A model generated the notes under the pieces. It ran no database searches. It saw only the letters and a list, made by a program, of their open reading frames with translations, and had not been told where the DNA came from. A DNA stretch of 64,000 nt from Vitrella brassicaformis CCMP3155 (lineage: Eukaryota > Protista > Chromerida): positions 62,001-126,000 of the forward strand of contig CDMY01000287.1 in the NCBI GenBank assembly GCA_001179505.1. Direction: 5' to 3'. The first letter of the stretch is position 1; every line of letters begins with the position of its first letter. Of this stretch, positions 35,801-48,853 are shown one piece after another. The position numbers and the translations under genes are program-made.

Positions 35801-37139
35801 CGACACACATGGGCGGCCTAGGGGCGTGCGTGCAGTGGAAGGGATGATACCTTGATGGGGGCCGGCTGCTGCTCGTGTTGCTGCTGGTCGTGCTGCTCGT
35901 CAGCCGCCTCCTCTGCAGACAGACAGACAGACAGACACACAGACAGACAGACATGGACCGCATGAGCAAAGAATGTCGACAGGGTGTTTGTGCACACACA
36001 TTCGGGGCCTGTATGGTCACTCAGCCACACGTACCCTCCTGCCTCTCCTCCTGCTGCTTCCGCTGGTCTTCCATCTGGCCGGCGTCTGCCGCCTCCCTCT
36101 CCTCGTCTGCAGACAGGCCAGACACCCAATGTCATATCTGTAACAGCCGTCCGTATCCGTCTGTGGACCCACTCACCGCCGCCAGATGAGTTGTCGTCGC
36201 CTTGGTAGCCCAGAAACCAGCTGGGGTGGCTGTGCATGGGGTGGGCGTATTGCCGGCCGAAGTCCATCCACCAGACGTCTGCATCAATCGGTACACACAG
36301 CCCAACACACAAGGGGTGTCTGTGTGTTCATTTGTCGATAATGTATTGCCCCCGCACCCACCGTCGTCGTCCTCGTCGCCCTCGCCCTGCAGTAGGTCTC
36401 CCGCTGGTCGAAGTGCTCGGCGAACTCCTCGTTGTCGGGCCGCTGCTCATCTGAACAAACAACAGACCGGTACAGTGCACCTGCCTGCCTGCCTGCATGC
36501 CATCCATCCATCCATCCATCCATCCATCCAATGGCGCATCCATCGACCAATACGTACCCTTCTTGGCGGCCTTGGCGAATCCCTGATGTGACTCGTCCCC
36601 TTGCTGACCAAGGAAGAGAGAGAACGAAGCGAAGGCGTACCTGCGACGACACGCCGCAGGATTGTCCCAAAGACCAAAGCAGACCACATGTGTATGCAAG
36701 CTGCTTTGCTGTCGTGCATCCCGACCACAGGTTGTGTGACATTCTGACCTCGGACCGTTGCCACACCATCTTGGCAGCCAAAGGCGCGCGAAGGCCTCAC
36801 AACGCTCCATCTGGACGCAACACACGAATGACCACACATACAGGATAGGGATGAGCGAAGGAATGGGCCCCGTCTGCCTTTCCTTCCCTCAGAGAGCTGT
36901 CCGGTGGCTGGCGCCCGCTATCGAGCTTGGGCTGCACCTGAATTCAACAAAAAGGACAAGTGCAGTGCCGAGGGTAACGTCGCCTTCTCAGTCGCCATCT
37001 TAGTGGCGCTGGGGGTCCATGTCGGGTGAGGGCGAGGGTGCGAATGGGCTTCGACGTGAAGTTACCTCTCGTGACCAAACGGAAGGCCCACGGCCCCAAC
37101 TGCCAGGCCCCAAGTAAACTTGCCCTGTGGCGAGGGGGG

Positions 37140-38220
37140 GAAGGAGATGCGAAGGGGAGGCGGCAACGAAGCTGGAATGGAAGCGGTTTGGAGCGAACAG
37201 ATTGTTCTTGAAACGGTTTCTCGCGCGTCTCCGCCGAGAAATAAATTTCTCGCCGGAACGCCGTGTCGCCTCCATTACCCGTTGGATTCAGCGACGCAGG
37301 CGGGTCGGCGATAGACGATGAGTAGCCTGCAAGAAACCAGAGACAGAAGAGAACGTTTTTGCCGATACGGAAGCCAGGCAGCCGCTAGACGCCGTGCTTC
37401 TCTCTCTCTCTCTCTCTCTGCGATAAGATCTCAGGACTCGGAGGGTTGACGGCTTCACCGCAGGGAAGACCAGCAAGGCAAGGGGTCCAACAGCCTGGAA
37501 TCCAGTGGGCCGGCGTTGCTGTCTGAAGGAAAAGACAGAGAAGACAACGAACGGAGACAAGAACCTCTTTCTTTTCGTCTCCCGTCTCCAAAAGCGGCGG
37601 GAGGAAGCGGCGGGAAACCTACCAAGGCAAAGCGCTTGCCTGACTGTCTTTTACGACCAAACATCTGCTCCCAATCCTCATTTTATTCGACATCGACGGG
37701 GAGCGGGCTGTCTTGAAATCTGACTAGAAGACGACAACATTGAAAATTCCAAGTCGGATACCATGGGGAGACACCATTTGCAGGGGCGTGCAGGTGGCTT
37801 ACACCCTACACAGCGCATACACATGTCAGCGCACTCGCACTCATCAACTCGCGCACTCATCCACTCACCTGTCACTGAGAGGTGGTTGGCCGACTGACCA
37901 ACGAAAGAGCGCCTCTCGCACGAGCGTGCCGACACCAGCGGGGCATTGCCGCCCTTCACTGGTAAGCCGAAGGAAGAGGACGGCTGCCGACGAGGGCACA
38001 AGTGGCGAGTGGTCACGAGGGAACGGACGGCCAGGGAGGGCCATGGGAGGCCGAGGCGGGGCGAATGCGGCGGGGCACTGAGGAAGGCGACACAAACCGA
38101 ACACAAAGGAAGGGAGCGGAGAGCGGGAGAAGGCAACGAGGCTGGATGGAAGCGAATGGAGCTGCGGAATAAAAAGATTTGCGTCGCGCGTCTCCCTGAG
38201 AATTTACATTCTCGCCTGCT
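37140..38220. repeat. Diverged ~110-bp direct repeat in intron-free, purine-biased upstream DNA (37150-37260 and 38120-38220)
   Basis: GGCAACGAAGCTGGAATGGAAGCG..CGCGCGTCTCC..GAGAAATAAATTTCTCGCC vs GGCAACGAGGCTGGATGGAAGCG..CGCGCGTCTCC..GAGAATTTACATTCTCGCC. Confidence 0.7.
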
Positions 38221-39252
38221 TTCCCCTTCGCCCTTTCGCCCCCAATTTCCACACTGGAAAAGGGCCATCCAAAGCTTTGTGCCCCATCTGGGCAAGACAT
38301 GGCCCGAAATAGGAGCGTACTGCAAGAGGGAGGCGTGGCTGCCCTCTTGTCTGTGGCTGGTCTGCGGTCTTTCTTTGTTCGCCATCCAGATGCGGATAAA
38401 TCAGTTCGACTCCAAAGGATTTGGCAGAGCGTCAGGCCCTCATGCATCGACATACACACGCCACACGCGGCAGTGGACAGATCGGAGGACAAGTCCGCAA
38501 AATGTTCATGGTGTAGAGAACTTAAGTTGTCAACAGCACGCAAACATACAGGACACAGCAGCAGTGAAGGTCAGCTACTCGCACTGATTATGCAACTAGC
38601 CAGTCGAGGGCCAGGCAGTCAGTCTAGAAATGGCGTATGTGGTGCACACACAGCGTGTCAGCCGATGACGTGGATGTCTGTGAGTCTGTGTGTGTGCATC
38701 AGGTAAGCCAAATGAGCACACCGTGCAGTCCACCCACCCACCGATTCACCCACCCCCACCCAGTCGGTTACGCAGTCGCGCCGTCAGGTCAGTGAGTGCA
38801 CAGGCCACCATTACAGGTACATGACAGCAAATCAGTGTGTGGAACCGGTCAGGTTATGTGTGTGTGTTGGGTGTGTGTTGATCAATGAGGGCAACAGCAT
38901 TCATCGCCACACACGCCAGGGAGTCAGTCAGTCGCTGAGCGAGCCAGCAAGTGAGAGGAAACATGGGAGGGATCACATACATACAAACAGCTAAGGTGTG
39001 CACCAATCGGCCGGTCGGTCAAGGAGGTCACGCGGTCGCTGGCCGGCGAGTCAGACAGATAGCCGGCCTCACACACACACACACACACGCAAAATGGATA
39101 CGAGGCACTGCGGTGATCATCCACCCTGCCCGCCCATTATTGTGTACATGATGCCCGCAAAAACAAGAGCAAGACAGAGAGGCAGGAAGGCCCGCAGGCG
39201 GACAGACACACATAACCCAGCAAAGCGACTCACTTTCAGGAATGCAAGAGCT

Positions 39253-42200
39253 AGTCTGTCTACCGGTTTGGTATCTATTGCTGTGCGGCACGTGAAGTGA
39301 AGAGCAGGTCGTGTTGTGTCTATTCGGTCACTGAGTGGCTGGCGAGCCACCACTCACACCGCACACGAACACACACACACTCATCCTGTCTGCCGGTAGC
39401 TAGCTGACTGAGCGCTGCGGCCCCAGACCTGTGTGGGTGTGCGTGTGTGGCAACTACAAACAAAGGCAGGTCAGGACGCCACACTTGAGTTGACGTCCAC
39501 ATCAGTCCATCCACACGGACCCGAATCCTCATTGCACACACACGCAGGCCACACCCACACATACGCGCGTATGTGTAGCCAGCCAAGCAGCCGCCATCAG
39601 AGTGGTCCAAGCAAGGCTCTCTCTTGTGTTTGTCTGTGCACCCAGCATACGTATACATACTCCATTCATCGATTGACCGATCAGTCACGCACGTCGAGTC
39701 GACTGCACACCACACACTGCCCCCACGGCAGCCATCGTGTGGCCTCAAGATGACCAACAACACCCTGTCCTCTCCCCCGCCAGGCCTAGGTGGATGGATG
39801 ATGGATGTGTGTGCATCAAACGTGACCAGATCGCACTCACTGACAGCCGGCCCTTGGCCCATCCCTCAACCATATGTGGGGACGGACACATCTATAGCTG
39901 TCATGGATGACTGGGGGCCCGGTGGGGGGGGTAGATTGAAGAAAAGTAGCGACAGACAGAGAGAAAAACCGAGCGACGCACATGCGTATGTATGTGTGCA
40001 TGTGCACAAACCAGCCAGACAGACAACACACCAATCGCCCCTCCCGTCCGTCAGTCCCGCCATCCAGGCACTCCTTTGAGTACGTGTCTGTCTGTGTGTG
40101 TCCAGAGTAGCAATCTCTCACGCGAGTCACGCTTGTGCATCAAGAAAAGTCATCTCAGTCGCCCCCTCACACAGTGACGGTGTGGTGTGGTGTGTCCACG
40201 TGTGCGCTGGCTGGGGCGGCCGAGACAGACAGCCCAAAGGTCCGTTTGGCAGTCACGAGAGTCAAGAATCAAGGCATCCATCACGCAGCAATCTTGCGGC
40301 CATGCAGCCGAGCTATAGGTAGAGATAGAGGGGTAGAGAGAGCGAGATGGGATGTGGTGTGGACTGGAGTGGACACCTCGCTCACTCGCTCACTCCTTGT
40401 GCGTCCATCCGTGGAGTACACACACGAACTTACCGACGCACACATAGATACGTACGTACGTATGGAGTGGAGTGCAGTGCAGTGCACCACTCCTGACTGA
40501 CTGACATGTGTGTCGTGTGTATGTGCGTTGCATGAGTGACGAAAAACCAACCAACCGACCACGCCACGTCCATCCCTCCATCCATCCCTCCATCAAGAAT
40601 ATATAGATATCATGACCCGATCCAGTCAGCCATGAGATAGATAGCATTCCATGGACGGTCGAGTCAGTAGGGATTAGGAAGTGAGTAGGGGGTGATGGTG
40701 GCTGGGGTGGTGGTGACTGATGTGATGTGTGGTGGACGGACAACTTATGCCCCTCTCTCCCCGATAGTCAGCCAGCCATATATATTCACCATTCCATTGA
40801 TACGATGACATCACATCAACAACACACACAAAACAAAGCAAAAGGCCGAGCGATCACATCAATTAACACATCCATCCATCCAGCCAGGCAGCGAACACAC
40901 TCGTACGATCATCGTCATCCATCCACAAGCCTCATGGATGGCATGGCTCCCATGCCATCCATGCCATCCGTCCACTCGACACGCCCCCCACGGCACACCA
41001 CACTGCGAAAAATCAAATTCATAATCAATCGGTCATCATCATTGTTTGTCATCATCCCCAAGATGATGTCATGTCATGCTAAAGCACTGTACACCACCGC
41101 ACGACGGACACACCATTAGCCGCTGCCCCTCACACTCAGACCACAGACACCAGCCGTCAACCCACTGCATAGCCACACGTGCGCGCGTGTTATCGATCAA
41201 TCAGACTGAGTGGGTGGGTGGGGTGACTGAGAAAGAGCTGGGAGGACGGCCGAGCCGAGCCGAGCCGCGTGTTTGCTGTGGGTCGGTCGTCGAAAGAAAA
41301 AGACGATATATATACGGACGGCGTGGAGGGGTGGAGAGGGGAGAAGACAGATTACGCTTAGATAGATTACGGCCACACGTGGGTGGGATGACTGAGAGAG
41401 ACCAGCCACCCAGGCAGGCAGGCCGGCCAGTCGTCGTCCAATCGCACCACACACACCAAGAGCACGCAGTGAGTGAGGGAGGGAAGTCATCAATCATCGG
41501 CAGCTGGATTTCAGGGTCGGGCCTGCACACGGTCAGTCAACAGCAAGGGTCAACACACAATTAAGTGTCTGTCCGCCTTATTCGCCGCACTCGTGTATAT
41601 ATGTACGGTGAGTGCATCTCACGGCGGTGGTGAGCGGCTGGCGGCGTCATGGTGGGCAGCGGCAGCGACTGACAACACACAAAGCACCAGGGAGATCCCT
41701 CATGAAGACCTCCTCCCTGACGTCCATCCATTCACCCACCGGCTGCGTCAGCCAGCTCTGTCTCAGGATGGTGGGCGAGCGACTGGGCGAGGGCACGAGC
41801 GCCTGACGCACCAGGCACACAGAAACAAACACAAAGCGCGAGATGCGGACACACATCAGTCCATCCATCCACTCATGTGTGTCGCTCGCGAACCACCACT
41901 CTGTAGCCAATGGTTTTCGTGATGGTGCGCTGACACAACACAGCAGGAAGCGACAATGGGTGTGTGTACGTATGGACACACTGATGATGCGCTCACCGTC
42001 GCTATGACCGCTCCCGGTGTCCACTCGAGGCTCTGTGGCACGTGCACATCCTGGTCCTGCTGGTCCTGCTGCTCCTGCTGCTGGGGCGCCACCTCAGCGA
42101 TCTCCGGCGCCTCACTGTCGCCCTCAGGCCGCACGTCGCCCTCTGCAATCCATCAGTGGGCGTACACGCAGAAAAGACATCCGTTGACTTGACATGTGTG

Positions 42201-42965
42201 TGTCTTCATGCCCATGCGGTGAATACGTACCTGCCGCCAGCTCAGCACCGTCGTCAGGTCGCTGCTGCTCGTCTGAACCACCCAAGGCAACAATGGCAAG
42301 GCCTTTATCCTTACCCTCTCAGACATCAACGCACAGCACTCTTACCGTCGCCGTGGCAGCCTGAGAACCACTGCGGGTGGCTGTGCACAGTGGGGTCGTG
42401 CTGTCGCTGGTGGTCATCTACCCATATGTCTGTATCGATACACACAGCCCAACACACAACGGTGTGTGTGTGCACAGTGATGTGTTGCCCCCACACACAC
42501 AGACATACCCTCGGGCGGCTCCTCGTCGATGCCCTCTCGCTCGGTCCGCTCCACGGCTGCAGCAGCACAGACACAGTGAGCATGTCCATCTCTGCCGTGC
42601 GATGATCACTGATTGATTCCTCCTACCCGCCCTCTGCGCGGCCGTCGCGTCGTCTTGCTCCTCTCCTGCAGAAATGACATGAGACAACGAGCAGGGAGGC
42701 GCCCATGTGCTATAGGACAGATGTACGCGTATCTCTCTAGATATTGACGTAGTACCTTCTGGCTGGCTGTGGTCGTGGCTGCCGTCCTGCTGGTGGGCTG
42801 GCTGGGCCTGCTGCTGCACCCAACCAACCACACACGAGAAGGGTAATGTGTGTGTGTGTGTGTGTGGTTGTGTGCGTCACGACACTGCTGATTCTCTCGT
42901 GTGTGCATACCTTGGCCTTCGGCTTGGCGGTGGGGGAGGCTGGGAGGGACTCCTGCACACATGGG
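39253..42965. repeat. Left arm of a large, diverged inverted duplication
   Basis: Reverse-complement matches: 39253-39360 to 50905-51024; 39400-39520 to 50740-50880; 41380-41470 to 49290-49390; 41520-42965 to 47476-48960. Confidence 0.85.
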
Positions 42966-45130
42966 CGAGGCTGTATACAACCATGACAAGAAAGAGCGAC
43001 ACGTGTGACTTAGAGGAGACAGACGGACACAAAACCATCCTTGGATACCTGGGTGGCTGACTGGTGCTGGTCCTGCGTGGCTGATGTTGCCACCTCCTGC
43101 TGCTGCTGCTGCACACAAGTATCACACAACATCACAACACACACACGGGAATGCACGACAAGTCACGACCACCAATAAGAGGCGTGTGTATATGGGCAGG
43201 CCACCATAAGTGTGTCATTTCTTCCTGCGTACCTCCGTCTCCTGTTGCTGGGCAGTGGGGCCGGGCGACGCTTCCTGCACACACACACATGTACAAGAGA
43301 TGTCATGACATTCTTCGTTTAGCGTCCAGCACGTTTCTCGCCTGGTGCGAGTCCTGCTCTTCATCATCATCATCGCCGTCGTCGTCGTCGATGTCGTTGT
43401 CGTCGTCGCCGCTGTCGTCAATGTCCCTCTCGAGCTTTTGCTCATCGCCGAAGTTGGACGCAACTGACAGCTGGTCGAGTTCGTCCCCCTCCTCCTCTCC
43501 CCCAGACGACTGCATACATACAGCCAAAAGATGGACCTGCTATGCACTGCTCATTTATTCAACTCAGTACTACCAGGTTACCTCGGCCTCCTCTGACTCC
43601 CACTCGGCCTCCTCCGGCTCCGAGTCCTCCTCCTCCCTCAGCTCCCTGTCCTCACCGATGGACGGCATGCCTGGGTGCCAGAGGTTCTCCTTCTGCACGC
43701 AACCAACACAGCACACACAAGAAGCGACGTGTGTGTGTATCCATGTGTATGCTGTGATAGCTAGTACATACCTTGCTGTCGCGTCGGGTGCTCGAGGACG
43801 CCGCCACGCCCTGCATGCACACATGCATGCACATGTCACATGACACACTCCTGTGAGCAAGTGCGTTACCGTAGGCTCAGGCAGCTCGGTGTCGTCCCCC
43901 TCGCCGTTGTCTGCACACAGACAGAGAGAGGCAGGAGGCAAGGAATACCCATGCACGCATAGAGGGAGATGATTGTCGTTTGAGTGCGCGAGTACCTACC
44001 GTCGTCCCCAGACTCGCCTTCGCTCTCCTCCTCCTGCTCCTCGGCATCGTCGGCAGGTGCTTGAGAGGCCTGTTGGACACAACCAGATGAACGAAACATT
44101 CATTTATTCATTCATTCACTCACTCACTCGCAAAACGACTTACCTCATCGTCTTGCGAGTCGTTTTCCATCGGCCCGTCCTCGATGGCCGCCACCGCCCC
44201 CTGCTGCTGCACCTGCACACAATCAGCAGAGGACGCAAAGGGAGCGACGCGTGTGTGTGTGCGTATGCAATTGGCAAGACACACGACATGGTGCGCTGTC
44301 GTACGTACCTGGGCGGCTTGTAGCCGGTCCATCGATGCGAACAGTTCCTGTACACGCGTGCACACCCATGCCAGCAGTCGGGTGAGAGACCCCCGAGTTT
44401 GCAAATAGGTACCCTACCGCTGCGTCGGGCAGCTCGAGCCCCTCATAGTCACCATCCTCCTCATCAGCAGCAGCTGCCTGCTGTTGCTGCTGGTGGTGGT
44501 GGTGTGGCGGCCCCTGATGCTGTTGCTGCTGCGGCTGCACATAGCCATCAACAAGCAGCAGCATGTGCGTATGCATATCGTGGGGCGGGCGGGTGGCTAC
44601 CTGGGTGCTCTCTTGCCGTTTCCCTGGAGCCTCCTGGATATGATGTGTGGCACCAGGACACATACAAACGAACACTCTCCACCATTTCACATGACACATC
44701 GGTGGGCTGATGGCCTACCACTGTTTGGACGGGCTTCCTCTTGCCCTCCCCCTCCTCATCAGCTGCCGCATCAGGCGGCCGGTCCCTCCCTCGGAACTGA
44801 AACACACAACCGAATTTGGATCTGGATCTGGATCTGGAGCGGTCGCATTCTTTCCTCCCTCCTTACAGCGCTGGGCCTCCAAGGTCGTCGAGGGGGTGAC
44901 GGGAACATGGCTCACACACACTGCTGTTGCTCTCAGTGTGTCACCTGAGGAGATGCAATCATTCATTCTTCTGGTGAGACTCATTCACGCTCACCTTGTC
45001 GAATATGATGACGCACTCGGCAGACAGAAACGCTCTTCAGCTTCCTGTCAAGCCAAGCTCGCAACCAAAGCTCGCAGCTGCTTGGCGAATTTCATAGCAG
45101 GCGGAGCAAGCGAAGAGAAGACCTGCACTA
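41600..45130 (-). CDS. Acidic/Gln-rich low-complexity multi-exon gene whose 3' exons are the family modules in the left inverted arm; coding status uncertain
   Basis: Series of GT-AG-bounded exons: QPQQQQHQGPPHHHH..DEEDGDYEGLELP, ELFASMDRLQAAQ, IEDGPMENDSQDDE, EEQEEESEGESGDD, ENLWHPGMPSIGEDRELREEEDSE, DELDQLSVASNFGDEQKLE; then ESLPASPTAK, HSHPQWF and RTITKTIGYRVVV. Start and full frame not verified. Confidence 0.45.
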
Positions 45131-45448
45131 GGTGAGTCGGTGGGCACGTCACTCTCGCACCTCCTCGCCATGTCGGTGACCATCTCGCAGATCAGCCTGT
45201 GCCACGGTCACTCACACCCATCTGCACGTCAGGGCAGGCCACGGCAGCGAGGCACGACAGGACAGACAGAAAAGAGCCGAAAAACGGGGCGCCAATTCAC
45301 TTGAGGTGTCGATCTCTGTGTGTGCAGGAACGGGACTCTTCTGCACACACATACGCACACACCGGTAAGCATGACATCAGCCGGCAGGAAGGAGAGTCGG
45401 AGGGGGTGCCCGAGACATAGTGTCTCTGTGTTTATTCACTCAGGCATC

Positions 45449-48400
45449 ATGAGTAGCACTAACGAGCACTGCCTAGGTGGGCACTCTTGATACATGGGAT
45501 GTCGCATCTGAGGCGTATCTTTCTGTTTGTTCTTCGCCCCTCCCTCAGTTTTCATCGCAGCCCTCGACCTGGCTCCCCACGGCGGACCGGTTCACGACGC
45601 GCAGCTGGACCACCACGGCAAGCGGCTGGCGACTGCGTCGGCGGACCAGTCCATCCGGATCTGGGACGTGTCGACGGAGAGGCCGTCGTTCGTGGCGGAG
45701 CTCAAGGGCCACGCGGGCCCCGTGTGGCAGGTGACCTGGTCGCACCCCAAGTTCGGCAGCTGCCTGGCGTCGTGCGGCTCCGACAAGAGGGTTCATCGTG
45801 TGGAAGAAGGAGATGGGCATGAGCCACGAGGGAGGGGCAGACGGCGGGCAGGGCGAGAACTGGCAGCTGGTCTACGAGAGCCAAGACCACGGGGCGTCCG
45901 TCAATGGGGTGGCCTGGGCGCCGTGGCAGTACGGGCCGTATCTCGCTTCAGGTGAGTGACCAACACTCGGTGACCGACCGACAGAGAGAGGAGAGGGAGA
46001 TCTGATGACGCATTCGTTTTCTTCTCTCTCTATGTGTGTGTCGCAGCGTCGTCTGACGGCAAGATCGGCATTCTGCATCACAGCCCCGCCGACCAGCAGT
46101 GGGTGCGCACCGAGTTCCACGCCCACACCAACGGTGTGAACGCCGTATCCTGGGCCCCCAGCGGCCCCGCCACACACGGGCCATCACTCGGTCCCATGAG
46201 GATGGTCAGCGGCGGAGCCGACAACCAGGTGAACGAATGGGCGATGGACGAGGGGAGGGAGGGAGACCACTGGTACATCATAGGTGTGTGGTAGAGTGTA
46301 TGTCGTGTGTGTGTTTAGGTGAAGCTGTGGCAGTACGACGACCGGTCCCAGAAGTGGGTCGAGCTCGCGGGCATCGACGCGGAGAACGGCCACACTGACG
46401 TCATCAGGGACGTGGCATGGCGGCCCAACATAGTGGGGGCCCCCAGCAGCACCATCGCCTCATGCTCAGAGGACAAGACGGTCATCATTTGGACACAGGT
46501 GACACACACACACACACACACATATATACACACAGCCCCCTATAGGCACCAATCACTGCATGTGTCTGTGTGTGTTAGGAGATGGAGGGTCAGCCATGGA
46601 AGAAGGCCCAGGTGATCCAGCTGGACGGCCCCGTCAGGCGCGTCGACTGGTCCGTCTCCGGCAGCCTCCTCGCCGTGGCCTGCGCCGACAAGCAGGTGCT
46701 CCTCTACAAGGAGAACCTCCAGGGCAAGTGGGAGGAGATGATCACCAACCTCAGCCACACACAAGCGCCACCACCTCTACAGCAGCAGCAGCATGGCCAG
46801 CCGGAGGAGCTCCTCCCGGCAGGTGTGCACAGGACAGCAAAGAAAGAAGTCACACACTCGTTGCTTCTCACTCTCCGTCATCTTATGTTTGTTGTAGCCC
46901 CGCCTGAAGGGTGGCTGCCGGGAGACGAGCGGAGGGTGCCCATGTGGGCCTATCTAATGCGAGGCGAGAGGGACCTACGAGATGGCGACACCGACGACCA
47001 AGCGGCTGGTATGTGTGTGTGTGTGTGTGTGTGGTGGAGTGGAGTGCGGGAGATTGTATGTGTCCGTCCGTCTTGTTTGTTTTGTCTGACTGTATGCAGC
47101 CCATCGCATGCAGCAGGTCCTGGCCTTCGGCGGCGTCAAGCTACAACAGTCAGAGGACACTGGAGCGGGTAACAGATATATATGGAGTCCAGCCACACGT
47201 GCCGCGCACACTCATTGTGGTTGCCGCTTATATGTTGTGTGCAGGCCGGGGCGACACCAACACCAACGACGACGACACCAACGACACCAAGCACAAGCCA
47301 GCAATGCTTCGGGGAGAAGAGAAGTCTGACACAACTAAGGTCCATTGCTGCTGTCTGCGTGTGTTGTCGTGTGTGTGTGCAGGGTGTCGCCATGGGGACG
47401 ATGTCGACCAGGGTACGTGAGCCAGAATGACACGAAGGGCAGCCGAACACGCCGACCATCGTCCCATTGTCTCCCATGTGTGCAGGAGTCCCTCCCCGCG
47501 TCACCAACGGCCAAGGCCAAGCCCAAGGTATCCACACACGAGCAGCAGTATCGTGACGCACACAAACACAGACACATTGCCCTTCTGTGGCCTGTGTGTG
47601 TGGTTGGTCGGGTGCAGCAGCCTGCCTTCCACGCCCAGCCAGCCGAGCAGCAGGAGGACGACCAAGAGGACGACCACAGCCCAGAGAAACAAGAAGGTAC
47701 TACGTCAATACCTAGAGAGATACGCGTACATCTGTCCTATAGCACATGGGGGCTTCCGTGTTCGTTGTCTCATGTCATTTCTGCAGGAGAGGAGCAAGAC
47801 GACGCGACGGCCGCGCAGAGGGCGGGTAGGAGGAATCAATCAGTGATCATCGCACGGCAGAGATGGACGTGCTCACTGTGTCTGTGGTGCTGCAGCCGTG
47901 GAGCGGACCGAGCGGGAGGGCATCGACGAGGAGGCCTCGGATGACCACGAGGGTATGTCTGTGTGTGTGAGGGCGACACATCACTATGCACACACACACC
48001 GTTGTGTGTTGGGCTGTGTGTATCGATTGCAGATGTCTGGGTAGAGGATGACCAGCGACAGCACGACCACACTGTTCACAGCCACCCGCAGTGGTTTTTG
48101 GGCGGTCACGGCGACGGTAAGAGTGCGTTGATGTCTGAGAGGGTAAGGATAAAGGCCTTGCCATTGTTGCGTTGGGTGATTCAGACGAGCAGCGGCCTGA
48201 CGACGACAGAGCCGAGCTGGCGGCAGGTACGTATTCACCGCATGGGCATGAAGACACACACATGTCAAGTCAACGGATGTCTGTTCTGTGTGTACGCCCA
48301 CTGATGGATTGCAGAGGACGACGAGCGGCCTGAGGTCGACAATGAGGCGCCGGAGATCGCTGAGGTGGTGGTCCAGCAGCAGGCCCAGCAGCAGCAGGGC

Positions 48401-48853
48401 GAGCAGCAGCAGGACCAAGAGGAGCAGGCGCCAGAGGCCGTTGGATGGACTCCTGGAGTCGTGCTAGCGACGGTGAGCGCATCATCAGTGTGTCCATACG
48501 TACACACACCCATTGTCGCTTCCTGCTGTGTTGTGTCAGCGCGTCATCACGAAAACCATTGGCTACAGAGTGGTGGTTCGTGAGCGACACACATGAGTGG
48601 ATGGATGGACTGATGTGTGTCCGCATCTCGCGCTTTCTGTTTGTCTCTGTGTGCCTGGTGTGTCAGGCGGTCGTGCCCTCGCCCAGTCGCCCGCCCACCA
48701 TCCTGAGACACAGCTGGCTCCCACAGCCGGTGGGTGAATGGATGGACGTCAGGGAGGAGGTCTTCATGAGGGATCTCCCTGGTGCGTTGTGTGTTGTCAG
48801 TCGCTGCCGCTGCCCACCATGACGCCGCCAGCTGCTCACCACCGCCGACGTGA
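45449..48853 (+). pseudogene. SEC13: SEC13 (COPII/nucleoporin WD40) copy with a +1 frameshift, spliced at its 3' end into repeat-family exons
   Basis: HGGPVHDAQLDHHGKRLATASADQSIRIWDV, LKGHAGPVWQVTWSHPKFGSCLASCGSDKR, DHGASVNGVAWAPWQYG, HAHTNGVNAVSWAP, HTDVIRDVAWRPN, IASCSEDKTVIIW, VRRVDWSVSGSLLAV, YKENLQGKWE. There is an extra base at 45791-45794 (AGG GTTC ATC GTG TGG instead of AGG GTC ATC GTG TGG). Confidence 0.85.

Larger units (their letters stand above)
23830..37000 (-). repeat. Array 1 of a lineage-specific, exon-modular, E/Q/R-rich gene family; several partial or disrupted copies
   Basis: Recurrent exons with their flanking introns: W..FNxQYAHPVHSHPxWFLG (27240, 33830, 34975, 36185), RTxRxTxxYRLxVGG (28150, 34500, 35550), QxxYVYLWSQAW..RPP (28280, 34650, 35690), EFAEHFD.R.DL.QGEGD (31500, 32480, 36360), AVELAEREGTDEEPE (27420, 35160) and EEEAAExRxMA repeats. 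The 36400 copy has a 1-base deletion relative to the 58650 copy. Confidence 0.8.

Noticed and set aside
23830-37000. CRISPR-like or satellite array
   Set aside because: The repeats are exon-plus-intron modules of variable length and order, with no constant repeat-spacer periodicity.
40400-41400. Lower-GC, repeat-rich stretch as a possible ncRNA or foreign insert
   Set aside because: It is a mosaic of simple repeats within the left inverted arm, with no tRNA, rRNA or snRNA features.
45030-45095. MKFAKQL on the minus strand, resembling an SPX-domain start
   Set aside because: A stop follows after 15 codons and no further SPX motifs (YKxLKK) are present.
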